A DNA stretch of 64,000 bases from a virus. Positions 28,991 to 37,157 of the stretch are shown here, one piece after another (the stretch's first letter is position 1; the number at the start of each line of letters is the position of its first letter). The notes below the pieces were generated by a model. That model did no database searches. It had not been told where the DNA came from and saw only the letters and a program-made list of their open reading frames with translations. The DNA is taken from the IMG/VR virus record IMGVR_UViG_3300020057_001229, positions 1-64,000 of that record. One strand, 5' to 3'. A program made the translations under genes and the position numbers.

Positions 28991-29263
28991 ATGACTGACA
29001 CCCGCGCCGAAGTTGATGCGGCATATGCGGCAATTGCAAAGAGCGAAGCGCGTTTAGCTGAGATTCGTGCAGCTTGTCCTCACACCAACTGCCGCATCGG
29101 AAACTATTCGTACCGCATCGGCAACGTCCAGCCTGTACGGCTTTGTAGCGATTGCGATCGCGTAGTGGGCGCTCTCTCGTATGAAGAATACACCGCTTGG
29201 GCAGGGAAAGAGCCTGTGTCAGCAGTAAGCACAACAACAACTAAGGTGTCTTATGGGTCGTAA
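28991..29263 (+). CDS. Small Cys-containing hypothetical protein
   Basis: GGAG SD; CPH..C, C..C. Confidence 0.6.
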   Translation: MTDTRAEVDAAYAAIAKSEARLAEIRAACPHTNCRIGNYSYRIGNVQPVRLCSDCDRVVGALSYEEYTAWAGKEPVSAVSTTTTKVSYGS

Positions 29264-29522
29264 GCGAGTTGTTCATTTCTCAACTTGGAACGTTTGCGTC
29301 AGCTTCGTCCCTGCGTGCAAGCTAGACTGGTGCTACAACCACGGCTTGTTTGAGGCTCCTCACACCGACGACGAAAGCGAAGTCACTTGCAAGCGTTGCT
29401 TGAAGCAACTTGCGGAGTGGGAGTCGATGGACTTTGAGTTCGTTGACCTCCCAGAGCCACAACCAAACGTAGAACTTCTTTCGTGGCTTGGGCACCCACC
29501 TAAAGACGGTAAAACGGCATGA
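29253..29522 (+). CDS. Hypothetical protein
   Basis: Coupled ORF; VTCKRC. Confidence 0.55.
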   Translation: MGRKRVVHFSTWNVCVSFVPACKLDWCYNHGLFEAPHTDDESEVTCKRCLKQLAEWESMDFEFVDLPEPQPNVELLSWLGHPPKDGKTA

Positions 29523-29839
29523 AAATTAATGTTGAGCAAGCAATCGCCTCCCGCAAGCTTTTGGCTGAACGACTACATGAGTTCTTCAAGGACCAACGTG
29601 GGAAAATGATCAGCAAGGCGCTTTTAGACCAAATGTACGGCGAACTCTACGTGTTGATCGAATCGATTAAGCAAGCAGACGTAGGCGGTATCCCGCTTGA
29701 GGCTCCTAAGTTCATGCTAAGGTTCGACGCTTTTAACAAAAGCATGTTAGAAGTGCTTCCTACCAATGAGTCTGCCGTATGGATGACAATGCTGTGGGAG
29801 ACACTAGACGGCGAACCACCACACGAAAGGCAGGCATAA
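29519..29839 (+). CDS. Hypothetical protein
   Basis: ATGA overlap with the previous ORF. Confidence 0.55.
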   Translation: MKINVEQAIASRKLLAERLHEFFKDQRGKMISKALLDQMYGELYVLIESIKQADVGGIPLEAPKFMLRFDAFNKSMLEVLPTNESAVWMTMLWETLDGEPPHERQA

Positions 29840-29997
29840 GTTTGGACATGGCGACTTGGACACTCGACACAGCCACATTCAAGATTTTGGATGATGCTGT
29901 GGAAGACACTAGACGGCGAACCAGCTACACCATGCGAAAGGCAAGCCTAAGTTTGGACATGGCGACTTTGACACTCGACACAGCCACATTCAAGATT
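29780..29997 (+). repeat. Imperfect ~108-bp tandem duplication of a gene junction
   Basis: AGACACTAGACGGCGAACCA and GACACTCGACACAGCCACATTCAAGATT each occur twice. Confidence 0.85.
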
Positions 29998-30430
29998 GTG
30001 GAAGAGCTGCGGCAGCTTCTGCTAGAGGGGCAACAACAGTTCAAGTTTGAAATGTTCAACGATCCTAAGTGCTACGGCTTTGATCTTGAAGTTGAAAGCT
30101 TTAAAGCGTCCGTCTATCTGTGGCACGAACTCAGCGCGATTGTCGTAGCTGTCTGCGGAGACGGAAGCGTCAAGAATTCAAAACAAGAGAAATTTCCGTT
30201 GATACACTTCTACGGCAAAGACACCGCCGTCGCAGAGTTCGTGCTCAAGAGTCTCGGTGCGCAGACCAAGTTCTCGCGCTGGAGTGACGCTCTTTGAAAG
30301 AGGCAGCTTGAGTTGCCCTAAAAATATATACTTTGCAAATCAACTAGTTACAAGCTTTACTTAAAGCTTTAAGATTAAATCCCGAGAAGTCTCCTGTTGG
30401 TGCCACGCACCACATCACAAAGGAGACCAG

Positions 30431-31162
30431 ATGCCAATCATCACTCGCAAGCAAGACGGCACCGAAGAGCTGACCTTCGTAGGTATGGTTCTTCAAGTCC
30501 ACGGTTACGTCTATATGGGTAACGACTGTGAGAAGGCGTTTGCTACGGTCTGGCTCGAAGCTGAGGGTCGCCCTAAGCGCGTCGGCTACAGCTCGCTCCA
30601 CTACGACTACGGTCAAGACCGCAACTCTGCCGTCATCGACGCCTCCCCAGAGATCAAGACCCTCTTCAACAACTGGTGTGCCGCCGAAGAGGCGCGCCAC
30701 GACGCAGAGGAAGCTGCTCGCCGCGAGCGCGAGTTCGGTCGCGGTAAGAAGGTCGTCGTCGCTCGCGGACGCAAGGTCCCTAAAGGCACCATCGGTGAAA
30801 TCTTCTGGATCGGTGACAACGGCTACGGCGAGTCGCTGGGGCTCTTCCTAGCTGACGGCACGAAGGTCTTCACGGCATCGAAGAACTGCGACATCATTCT
30901 TAAGAACGGTGTTGCTGAGCGTGCGGAAGGGGCGGCGTCCACTGAGACAGTCAAAGCTGAGTTCGCCAAAGGCGTCGGCGTCGAACTGAACGGCGAGCAG
31001 GGAACCATCTTCTGGATTGGGCAAGCAAAGAACGGCAGCGGCGTTCGTGTAGGCGTCGAATTTGCGGACGGCGACCGCCGCTTCTACGCACAGGAGCAGG
31101 TCGCAATTCCAGGTGCGCAAGTGCAGAAGAGCCTTGAGGCAAGCACGCAAGCACACCTCTGA
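30431..31162 (+). CDS. Hypothetical protein with a duplicated G.IFWIG beta-domain
   Basis: Strong AAGGAG SD; internal repeat. Confidence 0.75.
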   Translation: MPIITRKQDGTEELTFVGMVLQVHGYVYMGNDCEKAFATVWLEAEGRPKRVGYSSLHYDYGQDRNSAVIDASPEIKTLFNNWCAAEEARHDAEEAARREREFGRGKKVVVARGRKVPKGTIGEIFWIGDNGYGESLGLFLADGTKVFTASKNCDIILKNGVAERAEGAASTETVKAEFAKGVGVELNGEQGTIFWIGQAKNGSGVRVGVEFADGDRRFYAQEQVAIPGAQVQKSLEASTQAHL

Positions 31163-31473
31163 AAAGATCAGATGATGATCAGGCAGTTACCAGTCTTACT
31201 CTAAAGTCTTTAACCATTCGTCCGATAGAAGTCGTAACCACTCACAGAAGGCTTACCAATGAAAATCAAATTGGACCTAGACGATCGGCTCAAGTTAGAA
31301 AAGCTAGCGAAGCTAGAGGGCTTCTCGTCTGCATCTGAGTACGCCTGCTTTCTCTTGGATAGTGCTATGAACTCCCTCTTGGAGAAGGCTGGTGGTGACG
31401 AAGACTACGCCGCTCTACTTGGCGCGGAAGAACTCTTCGGGAAGCAACTCCGTCAATAAAGAGAGGCAAGAAA

Positions 31474-31872
31474 GTGAAGATCAAGCTTCAGGGGAACCTT
31501 CACGTTGCCCAAGAAGTCTTGAACGCCGTACAAGCTTTAGGCGTTCTCGACTCGTCGTTGCTGTGGGTGGAAGCCTACTCTAACGGGCGTGAGCAGGGCT
31601 TTGCGATCTTTCGTGCGACATCGAAAACAATGTCCGCCCGCTACATCATGTTCTCGGAATCTCGCGGCTCAGACCGCATCGTCATCTACGACAACGGCGA
31701 CAAGTCTCCCAACATGCAAGGCAACACGCCGTCTGAAGAGGCGTACAAAAAAGCGACGTACTTCGACTGCGGGCACTACACGCTCGCTGCCCAACACATC
31801 ATCGGTCTTCTCGAAGAAGTTCCTACGACACGGCTCCAACGCTGGACGCAGAACCTTTCCCTCTCCGACTAA
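31474..31872 (+). CDS. Hypothetical protein
   Basis: GAGG SD, GTG start. Confidence 0.6.
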   Translation: MKIKLQGNLHVAQEVLNAVQALGVLDSSLLWVEAYSNGREQGFAIFRATSKTMSARYIMFSESRGSDRIVIYDNGDKSPNMQGNTPSEEAYKKATYFDCGHYTLAAQHIIGLLEEVPTTRLQRWTQNLSLSD

Positions 31873-32360
31873 AAAGTCTAGACAAAAAGACCGCTACGGT
31901 TTAAAGGTGCAATACCTTCTCCTTCCATCGCTACCGTAAAGGTGCAGAGCAACCCGTCCCTTTCTATTTTTCAAGGCAGAAAGGGAAACGAAGTGAGCAC
32001 CATCTGGATGAAGCTGTTCAATAAGGTCGAAGAGGTAGCCAAGCCCTTCCTCGTCATTTCTGAAACCGCCACCTCGACCTGGCACTACCACTTCCGACTG
32101 GTAGGTCCCGAGGGCGCGGCAGCGCTATGCGGCGCGAAACTCGGATGGGACACGACGATGCCGCTCTCGACGTGGGGGCTCAAGGATCACATCCCGTCCC
32201 GCTACTGCGGAACATGCGAAAAGGAAGCGCGTGCTCGCGGTTTGTGGGCGGGGTGAAGCTTAAGCTCTGCGTCTGCGAGAAGACCGCTGACGACTAAAAA
32301 ATTCTCATCTACGCCTCGAAAAGTATTGACGAAGAGACCGTACTACGATACGGTTAATTT

Positions 32361-32414
32361 ATGCAATACTTTCTCCCTCCATTGCTACCCCTCCTGACCA
32401 AGCTCTTACCGTAA
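32361..32414 (+). promoter_or_regulatory. Leu/Pro leader peptide MQYFLPPLLPLLTKLLP
   Basis: 7 Leu and 4 Pro of 17 codons; TTGACG-N17-TACGGT promoter ending 6 nt upstream; hairpin over the stop codon. Confidence 0.85.
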
Positions 32415-32483
32415 AGGTAAAAGCAACACCGGTCCTATCTCCGTCTCTATTTTTCACCAGCTAAGTTTTTGAGGACAATCGTC

Positions 32484-32644
32484 ATGTTAAAATGACTCCA
32501 TATCAGTGTTCGTGCTGTGGCTCCAAGACGACGCTCCCAACGTTGGTTTGGTTGCCTGAAAAAGCGCCAGAGATAGTTAAGGTAGAATGTTTAAGGTGCG
32601 GGTTTGTGTGGTTGAAGCCGAAGGGCTTTAGTATCGTTCGATAA
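32484..32644 (+). CDS. Small zinc-ribbon protein
   Basis: CSCCG...CLRCG; GAGG SD; start approximate (zinc-ribbon frame begins at ATG 32492). Confidence 0.45.
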
Positions 32645-32645
32645 T

Positions 32646-32723
32646 CGGGCAGTGGGCTAATTGGTAAGCCGCTTGGTTTGGGACCAAGACATCATGCGAG
32701 TTCAAGTCTCGCCTGCCCGACCA
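32646..32723 (+). tRNA. tRNA-Pro(UGG)
   Basis: Cloverleaf; loop TTTGGGA; A73 + CCA. Confidence 0.93.
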
Positions 32724-32763
32724 CTTCCTTAGATTCGTTTGGGAACTCAAAAGGAGATCCCAA

Positions 32764-33129
32764 ATGTCTGACGACATAGAGAAAAAAAGAAAGTATTGGC
32801 GTGATTGGTACTACAGAAAGATGGATCAAGATCCTGAGTGGCGTAAAGCAGAATCAGAGCGGAATAGCGTCAAGCGCAAAGTTAAGAGGGACTGGTTAGT
32901 AGGGCTGAAAAAAAGTATGAAGTGCGCCAGATGTGATTTTTCAGATTTTAGGGCGTTGTGCTTCCATCACTCCGATCCTTCGCAGAAAAAGGGGGAGATC
33001 GCAAATATGATAAAAGAAAACTACGGCAAAGAGCGGATTTTGGAGGAGATGGCTAAGTGTGAAGTTCTGTGTCAGAATTGCCACCATATTGAACACTATG
33101 AACAGCGTACACAGTCTAAAGTCGCATAA
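32764..33129 (+). CDS. Free-standing HNH endonuclease
   Basis: CARC...LCFHH.DP..K...KCEVLCQNCH. Confidence 0.85.
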   Translation: MSDDIEKKRKYWRDWYYRKMDQDPEWRKAESERNSVKRKVKRDWLVGLKKSMKCARCDFSDFRALCFHHSDPSQKKGEIANMIKENYGKERILEEMAKCEVLCQNCHHIEHYEQRTQSKVA

Positions 33130-33359
33130 ATATCTTTTGAGTCTCGTGTGGTGGTGAAACTGGTTTACTTAGGATTGGGGGGAGAGAAGTAGGGCATCTA
33201 TAGGTTCTATAGGACCATTTTCACCTACTTCTCAAAGGGCTTTTTCAATGGCATATTTCAACGGTTTCGTTAGCGGCGTTCTATTTGGTCTCGGACTTTT
33301 CGTCGCTTCTGTGTTAGTACAGGCATTGTTCCATATGCCTTTGCTTGGGTAAATCTTCC

Positions 33360-33444
33360 GCTGGCATGGTGGAATTGGTAGACACATCAGTCTGAGAGGC
33401 TGACGGGGAAACTTGTGCAGGTTCGAGTCCTGTTGCCAGCACCA
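33360..33444 (+). tRNA. tRNA-Leu(GAG)
   Basis: Long variable arm; loop CTGAGAG; A73 + CCA. Confidence 0.93.
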
Positions 33445-33462
33445 TGTTTAGAAGAGAGTTCT

Positions 33463-33861
33463 GTGGAAATTAAAGGCACGCTAGCGGGTTGGTTTGAGAC
33501 TGGTTCTGAAGGTACCTATTGGACCCTTCAAGATGAGAAACACATCGACGACAAAGGCATGTACTCCTACGAAGGGATGCATGTACTAAAAAGCGGTATG
33601 CAGCTAGTTATCCACTATCCAAAGTCAGATAAAGTCTATTGGGAAGGTCAGCTTGTTCTCGTTCCGGGTTACGATCCGAAACTTTTGAAAAAGCTAGGGT
33701 TGCATTACTACGTAAAAAAGCATCCGTCAGGGCTTAAGCAGCTCTCACTCGGCGGCTACTGGATACATAATTTACCGGTCGGGTTTGATTTAGCAATTTG
33801 GTACCGGATCTTCTTTCTCGACGAAGGTTGGACCGGGACCTTAACCTTAATTAAGGACTAG
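33463..33861 (+). CDS. Hypothetical protein
   Basis: GTG start after the tRNA; FETGSEG.YW. Confidence 0.65.
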   Translation: MEIKGTLAGWFETGSEGTYWTLQDEKHIDDKGMYSYEGMHVLKSGMQLVIHYPKSDKVYWEGQLVLVPGYDPKLLKKLGLHYYVKKHPSGLKQLSLGGYWIHNLPVGFDLAIWYRIFFLDEGWTGTLTLIKD

Positions 33862-33864
33862 CTG

Positions 33865-34101
33865 ATGCTACGAATGACGTTAGGTGCCAAAGCATATCTT
33901 GCGGGAAAAGCTCTTACGACGCCGCTGCTCAATGATCCCGTAGGTGATGAAGTGATACGCAGGCTCGACAAAGAGGATAGTGACGATCAGTTCGATGCTT
34001 ACATGATGTCTTTAGGCGACGGTGCTTCGCCCGACGACGTAGAGCTTACAGACGAAGAGTTAGACGAGTTGCGAAGAAGCAGTGAAGAGTACGAAGACTA
34101 A
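33865..34101 (+). CDS. Acidic hypothetical protein
   Basis: AAGGA SD. Confidence 0.55.
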   Translation: MLRMTLGAKAYLAGKALTTPLLNDPVGDEVIRRLDKEDSDDQFDAYMMSLGDGASPDDVELTDEELDELRRSSEEYED

Positions 34102-34102
34102 A

Positions 34103-34186
34103 GGACCGATGATGGAATGGTAGACATGTCAGTTTCAAAAGCTGATGCTGTAAGGTGTGAGGGTTCAAGTCCCTCTCGGTCCACCA
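34103..34186 (+). tRNA. tRNA-Leu(CAA)
   Basis: Long variable arm; loop TTCAAAA; A73 + CCA. Confidence 0.93.
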
Positions 34187-34279
34187 TAGCGGGGACGTGG
34201 TGAAATCGATAGACGAAAAGGGCAGACTTACCCATAATGAAAACGACTATTCTAACCACTTCTCATAAAGAAGAGTGCC

Positions 34280-34566
34280 ATGCAACAGCTCATTAACATG
34301 TTTGTTGGGAATCTTCCAAAACGAGTGTCTACCATTCGAGAAGCACAAGAAAGTGGGGACCTAGCAGAGGTTCAAAATTTAGCACATCAGATGTTGGGAT
34401 GTGCTGAAGGTTACGGCTTCCCTCAGTTAGGGCAAGTAGCAAGCAAGCAAGCAAGCTCGAAGCACTAATAAAAGACCATGGCAGCGAGCATAGCATCGAG
34501 TTGATGATTAATGCATTCGATGCCCAATGCCACTGCATTATCATCAGGCATGGTAATAGGCACTGA
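34280..34566 (+). pseudogene. Hpt (histidine phosphotransfer) protein frameshifted at (GCAA)4
   Basis: LAHQMLGCAEGYGFPQL motif; continuation KLEALIK... lies in another frame ending at 34566. Confidence 0.8.
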
Positions 34567-34569
34567 AAT

Positions 34570-34654
34570 GGGGACGTGGTGAAATTGGTAGACACACCGC
34601 GCTTAGAATGCGGCGATGAAAGTCATGTCGGTTCAAGTCCGACCGTCCCCACCA
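34570..34654 (+). tRNA. tRNA-Leu(UAG)
   Basis: Long variable arm; loop CTTAGAA; A73 + CCA. Confidence 0.93.
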
Positions 34655-34683
34655 CTTTAAGTTAGCAAAACACATATCTCTAA

Positions 34684-34759
34684 GTCCACGTAATCCAACG
34701 GCAGAGATAGAGCGCTTAAAACGCTTCCAGCGTGGGTTCGAATCCCACCGTGGACACCA
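34684..34759 (+). tRNA. tRNA-Leu(UAA) with short variable loop
   Basis: 76-nt cloverleaf; loop CTTAAAA; A73 + CCA. Confidence 0.88.
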
Positions 34760-34840
34760 ATTTTTTATCCGAAGTATCAAGGCGCTCCGTTTTAGGCTAG
34801 ACTCTATACGGAATTGCCCTCTCATACAAAGGTTTTAAAA

Positions 34841-35134
34841 ATGGAAACCAACTTCGCTAAACTTAATGATTTAATTGCCGATCATCTCATGGACGGCGAC
34901 GTTGCAAACTATTCTAATGATGCTGCTGACGCTATTCTTATTGTTAAGAAGTTCCGCATGGACTTCATAGCTAATTTGACTGTCACCGACCATATGACCT
35001 TTATCACCTTAACGCATCTTTTAGAAACTAACAGAACTGTCACTATTAAAGAGCACAAGGCTGAAATGAGTGACCCCATCGCTACAGCCATTTGCAAAGC
35101 GTACTTAGCTATCCACGAGATCGAGTACGATTAG
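34841..35134 (+). CDS. Hypothetical phage protein
   Basis: YS.D..DA..IV...AICKA.L pattern; ATG at 34841. Confidence 0.6.
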   Translation: METNFAKLNDLIADHLMDGDVANYSNDAADAILIVKKFRMDFIANLTVTDHMTFITLTHLLETNRTVTIKEHKAEMSDPIATAICKAYLAIHEIEYD

Positions 35135-35197
35135 CACTCCCCGATATGCCAAAGCTATTGTTGACACCTCCCATCATTTCGGACGTGCTGGTGACAC

Positions 35198-35329
35198 GTT
35201 CGGTTCCCCCATGTAGGTCTTACAAGCACTGTAAATGCCGTTGCGTTGGTTCGAACCCAACCCTCCCGGTAACGGGGGGTAGCTCAGTTGGTAGAGCACG
35301 AAATTTAGCCCTATAACCTTGAACCGAAC
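35198..35329 (+). ncRNA. YrlA-type Y RNA (tRNA mimic), copy 1
   Basis: Terminal stem GTTCGGTTC/GAACCGAAC; T-arm, loop-closed acceptor stem and D-arm in permuted order. Confidence 0.8.
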
Positions 35330-35373
35330 TTCACCCACCGCAAGGTGGGTGTCCTCTTTCTGGAGATATTTAT

Positions 35374-35422
35374 CAAAACCCAGCGTAAAACCCCCTGCTT
35401 TAGCCGTGGGGATATAAGCTGG
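35374..35422 (+). mobile_element. Isolated IS200/IS605 left end
   Basis: TTAT|CAAAACCCAGCGTAAAACCCCCTGCTTTAGCCGTGGGGATATAAGCTGG. Confidence 0.75.
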
Positions 35423-35556
35423 CATTAAAACTAGTGCTAATATATATCATATTTACCTTAGCTGGTGCTGTAGGTGGTGGCATCGTCTTCGGCAGCAAAA
35501 GGTTAGGCAAGTGCTTAGCCATCGTCGAGTTTCCGTCCCGTCGAAAGTCACGCCGT

Positions 35557-35830
35557 CTTAGGCGTCATTCTGCGGTTGGGCTGTCGCCACTGTCTCAAAA
35601 AACAGCGCGGTTTTTATGCGCGCACGAGCAAGGTGTTTGAGGTGACCGTTTCGAGTCGTAATTGTCTCAATTCGGGCTATCTGCGATGGACGGGGTACCG
35701 CCATTTCTCGATGATTTTGAACGTCCGCGCAACCCCAATGGCAACAAGAGCAAGTGGCACCCGAGCAAATGTTGACAATATCTCAGTAATATCTATGTGT
35801 TGTCATCCCAACCGTAGAATGACGCCTAAG
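35557..35830. mobile_element. 274-bp MITE with 24-bp TIRs and 8-bp target-site duplication
   Basis: TIR CTTAGGCGTCATTCT(G/A)CGGTTGGG (23/24); CACGCCGT on both sides. Confidence 0.85.
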
Positions 35831-36005
35831 CACGCCGTAGTACACCCGCAGGTAGAGCCTTTTACAAAGCGAGTTCGGGGATCGCTTCGTTCTTTACGTT
35901 CTTTCAGATCTTCGTCGTGAACTTCAAGAAGGATCATTGTCCTTCCATTGAATGGGACGACTAAGAGATGTAAGCTGGAACTTCATATTCACAAAGGAGT
36001 TCTAG

Positions 36006-36320
36006 ATGTCCGAAGTAAAGAACAATGACCTCGCCTCGCATATTCCCGATAGCAAAATTACCTTCGTCGATTTTTGGGCTCCGTGGTGCGGACCCTGCAA
36101 AGGGCTTACGCCTATCCTTGAAGGCTTAGAAAAAGAAAACCCTGACAAGATGAAGCTCGTCAAGGTCAACATCGAAGACAACCAAGAGCTGTCTGAAAAG
36201 TTTGGTATCCGCACCGTCCCTACGATCATTGTCTACAAAGACGGTCAAGAAAAGCAGCGGATCATCGGCTCAAAACCTAAAAAGTTTTGGGAAGAGATCC
36301 TGACCGCTGATGACTTTTAG
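36006..36320 (+). CDS. trxA: Thioredoxin
   Basis: DFWAPWCGPCK; IRTVPT. Confidence 0.95.
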   Translation: MSEVKNNDLASHIPDSKITFVDFWAPWCGPCKGLTPILEGLEKENPDKMKLVKVNIEDNQELSEKFGIRTVPTIIVYKDGQEKQRIIGSKPKKFWEEILTADDF

Positions 36321-37111
36321 TCGATGTAGTAAGTTCCCTGAAACTCTATGGTCTTATTGAACGGAGCCGACGTTGCAATGGCTACGCCGGAGACTACGGC
36401 GGCAGAGTTATCAATTACCTCTGCGATACGAAGACTTGTACTTGCGTTAGCAATAAAAAGATCGGCTTGAATGGTTGTCGCACCGAGGTCGATGTTCGAG
36501 AGGTACGTTGGAATTGGCGATCTGCCGCCTAAGGTAATAGCAGCATAAGGAGCGCCGTTTATTTGAAATGATACCGATCCACCGGTTGCAGCCGACCACA
36601 CTACGAGTCCGTAAAGAAAAACGGCTTTTTCGGTGCGGAGGTAGTAGCCGACTTGGGACACGTAGACTACGCCAGTGTAGGCACCTGAGCTTCCGGTGAT
36701 GCTCGGCGTCCAAGTTCCAGACTCTACGACCTCTTCCACCCACCAATGCGCTGGCGTGGTGGGGTTGTCTTGCAGAGCTATCACTTGAACACGCCCTGCT
36801 CTAATCGCTGCCAAGCCTCCTGAGCCACCTGCACTAGTAAGTGACGTGCCGTTGCTAGCTTTGATGTCAAGAACGAAGTTAGAGCGGTTCACAAACTTGA
36901 AGCAGCGCCCTTGCTTGACCGTCTTAGTGTCGGGGTCTGTAGAGGGAAGCGTTACGGCACGGTTTGCCGAGATGTTGAAATAATGGATATCGTTTGCTGT
37001 CGATAAAAGCGTGATGTCGGAATCCGCTTGAAAAGAAGCTTTGTGACCGAGACCTGTATAGCCATCGGGGAACTGAGCTATGGTGCTTAACGCCCCAGGT
37101 ATAATTGCCAT
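36317..37111 (-). CDS. Putative virion (tail-fibre/decoration-like) protein
   Basis: MAIIPGA N-terminus shared with the adjacent ORF; EVVESGTWTP beta-rich C-terminus. Confidence 0.6.
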   Translation of the reverse strand: MAIIPGALSTIAQFPDGYTGLGHKASFQADSDITLLSTANDIHYFNISANRAVTLPSTDPDTKTVKQGRCFKFVNRSNFVLDIKASNGTSLTSAGGSGGLAAIRAGRVQVIALQDNPTTPAHWWVEEVVESGTWTPSITGSSGAYTGVVYVSQVGYYLRTEKAVFLYGLVVWSAATGGSVSFQINGAPYAAITLGGRSPIPTYLSNIDLGATTIQADLFIANASTSLRIAEVIDNSAAVVSGVAIATSAPFNKTIEFQGTYYID

Positions 37112-37157
37112 TTTAAATACTCCTTATATCATTACGAATACAGTCAATTTTCCAGGC

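Noticed and set aside
33146-33170. tRNA-Leu 5'-like fragment GTGGTGAAACTGGTTTAC
   Set aside because: Too short and diverged to call; no cloverleaf follows.
35221-35300. Circularly permuted tRNA gene
   Set aside because: The anticodon arm is replaced by a long terminal stem conserved in both copies, which fits YrlA Y RNA better.
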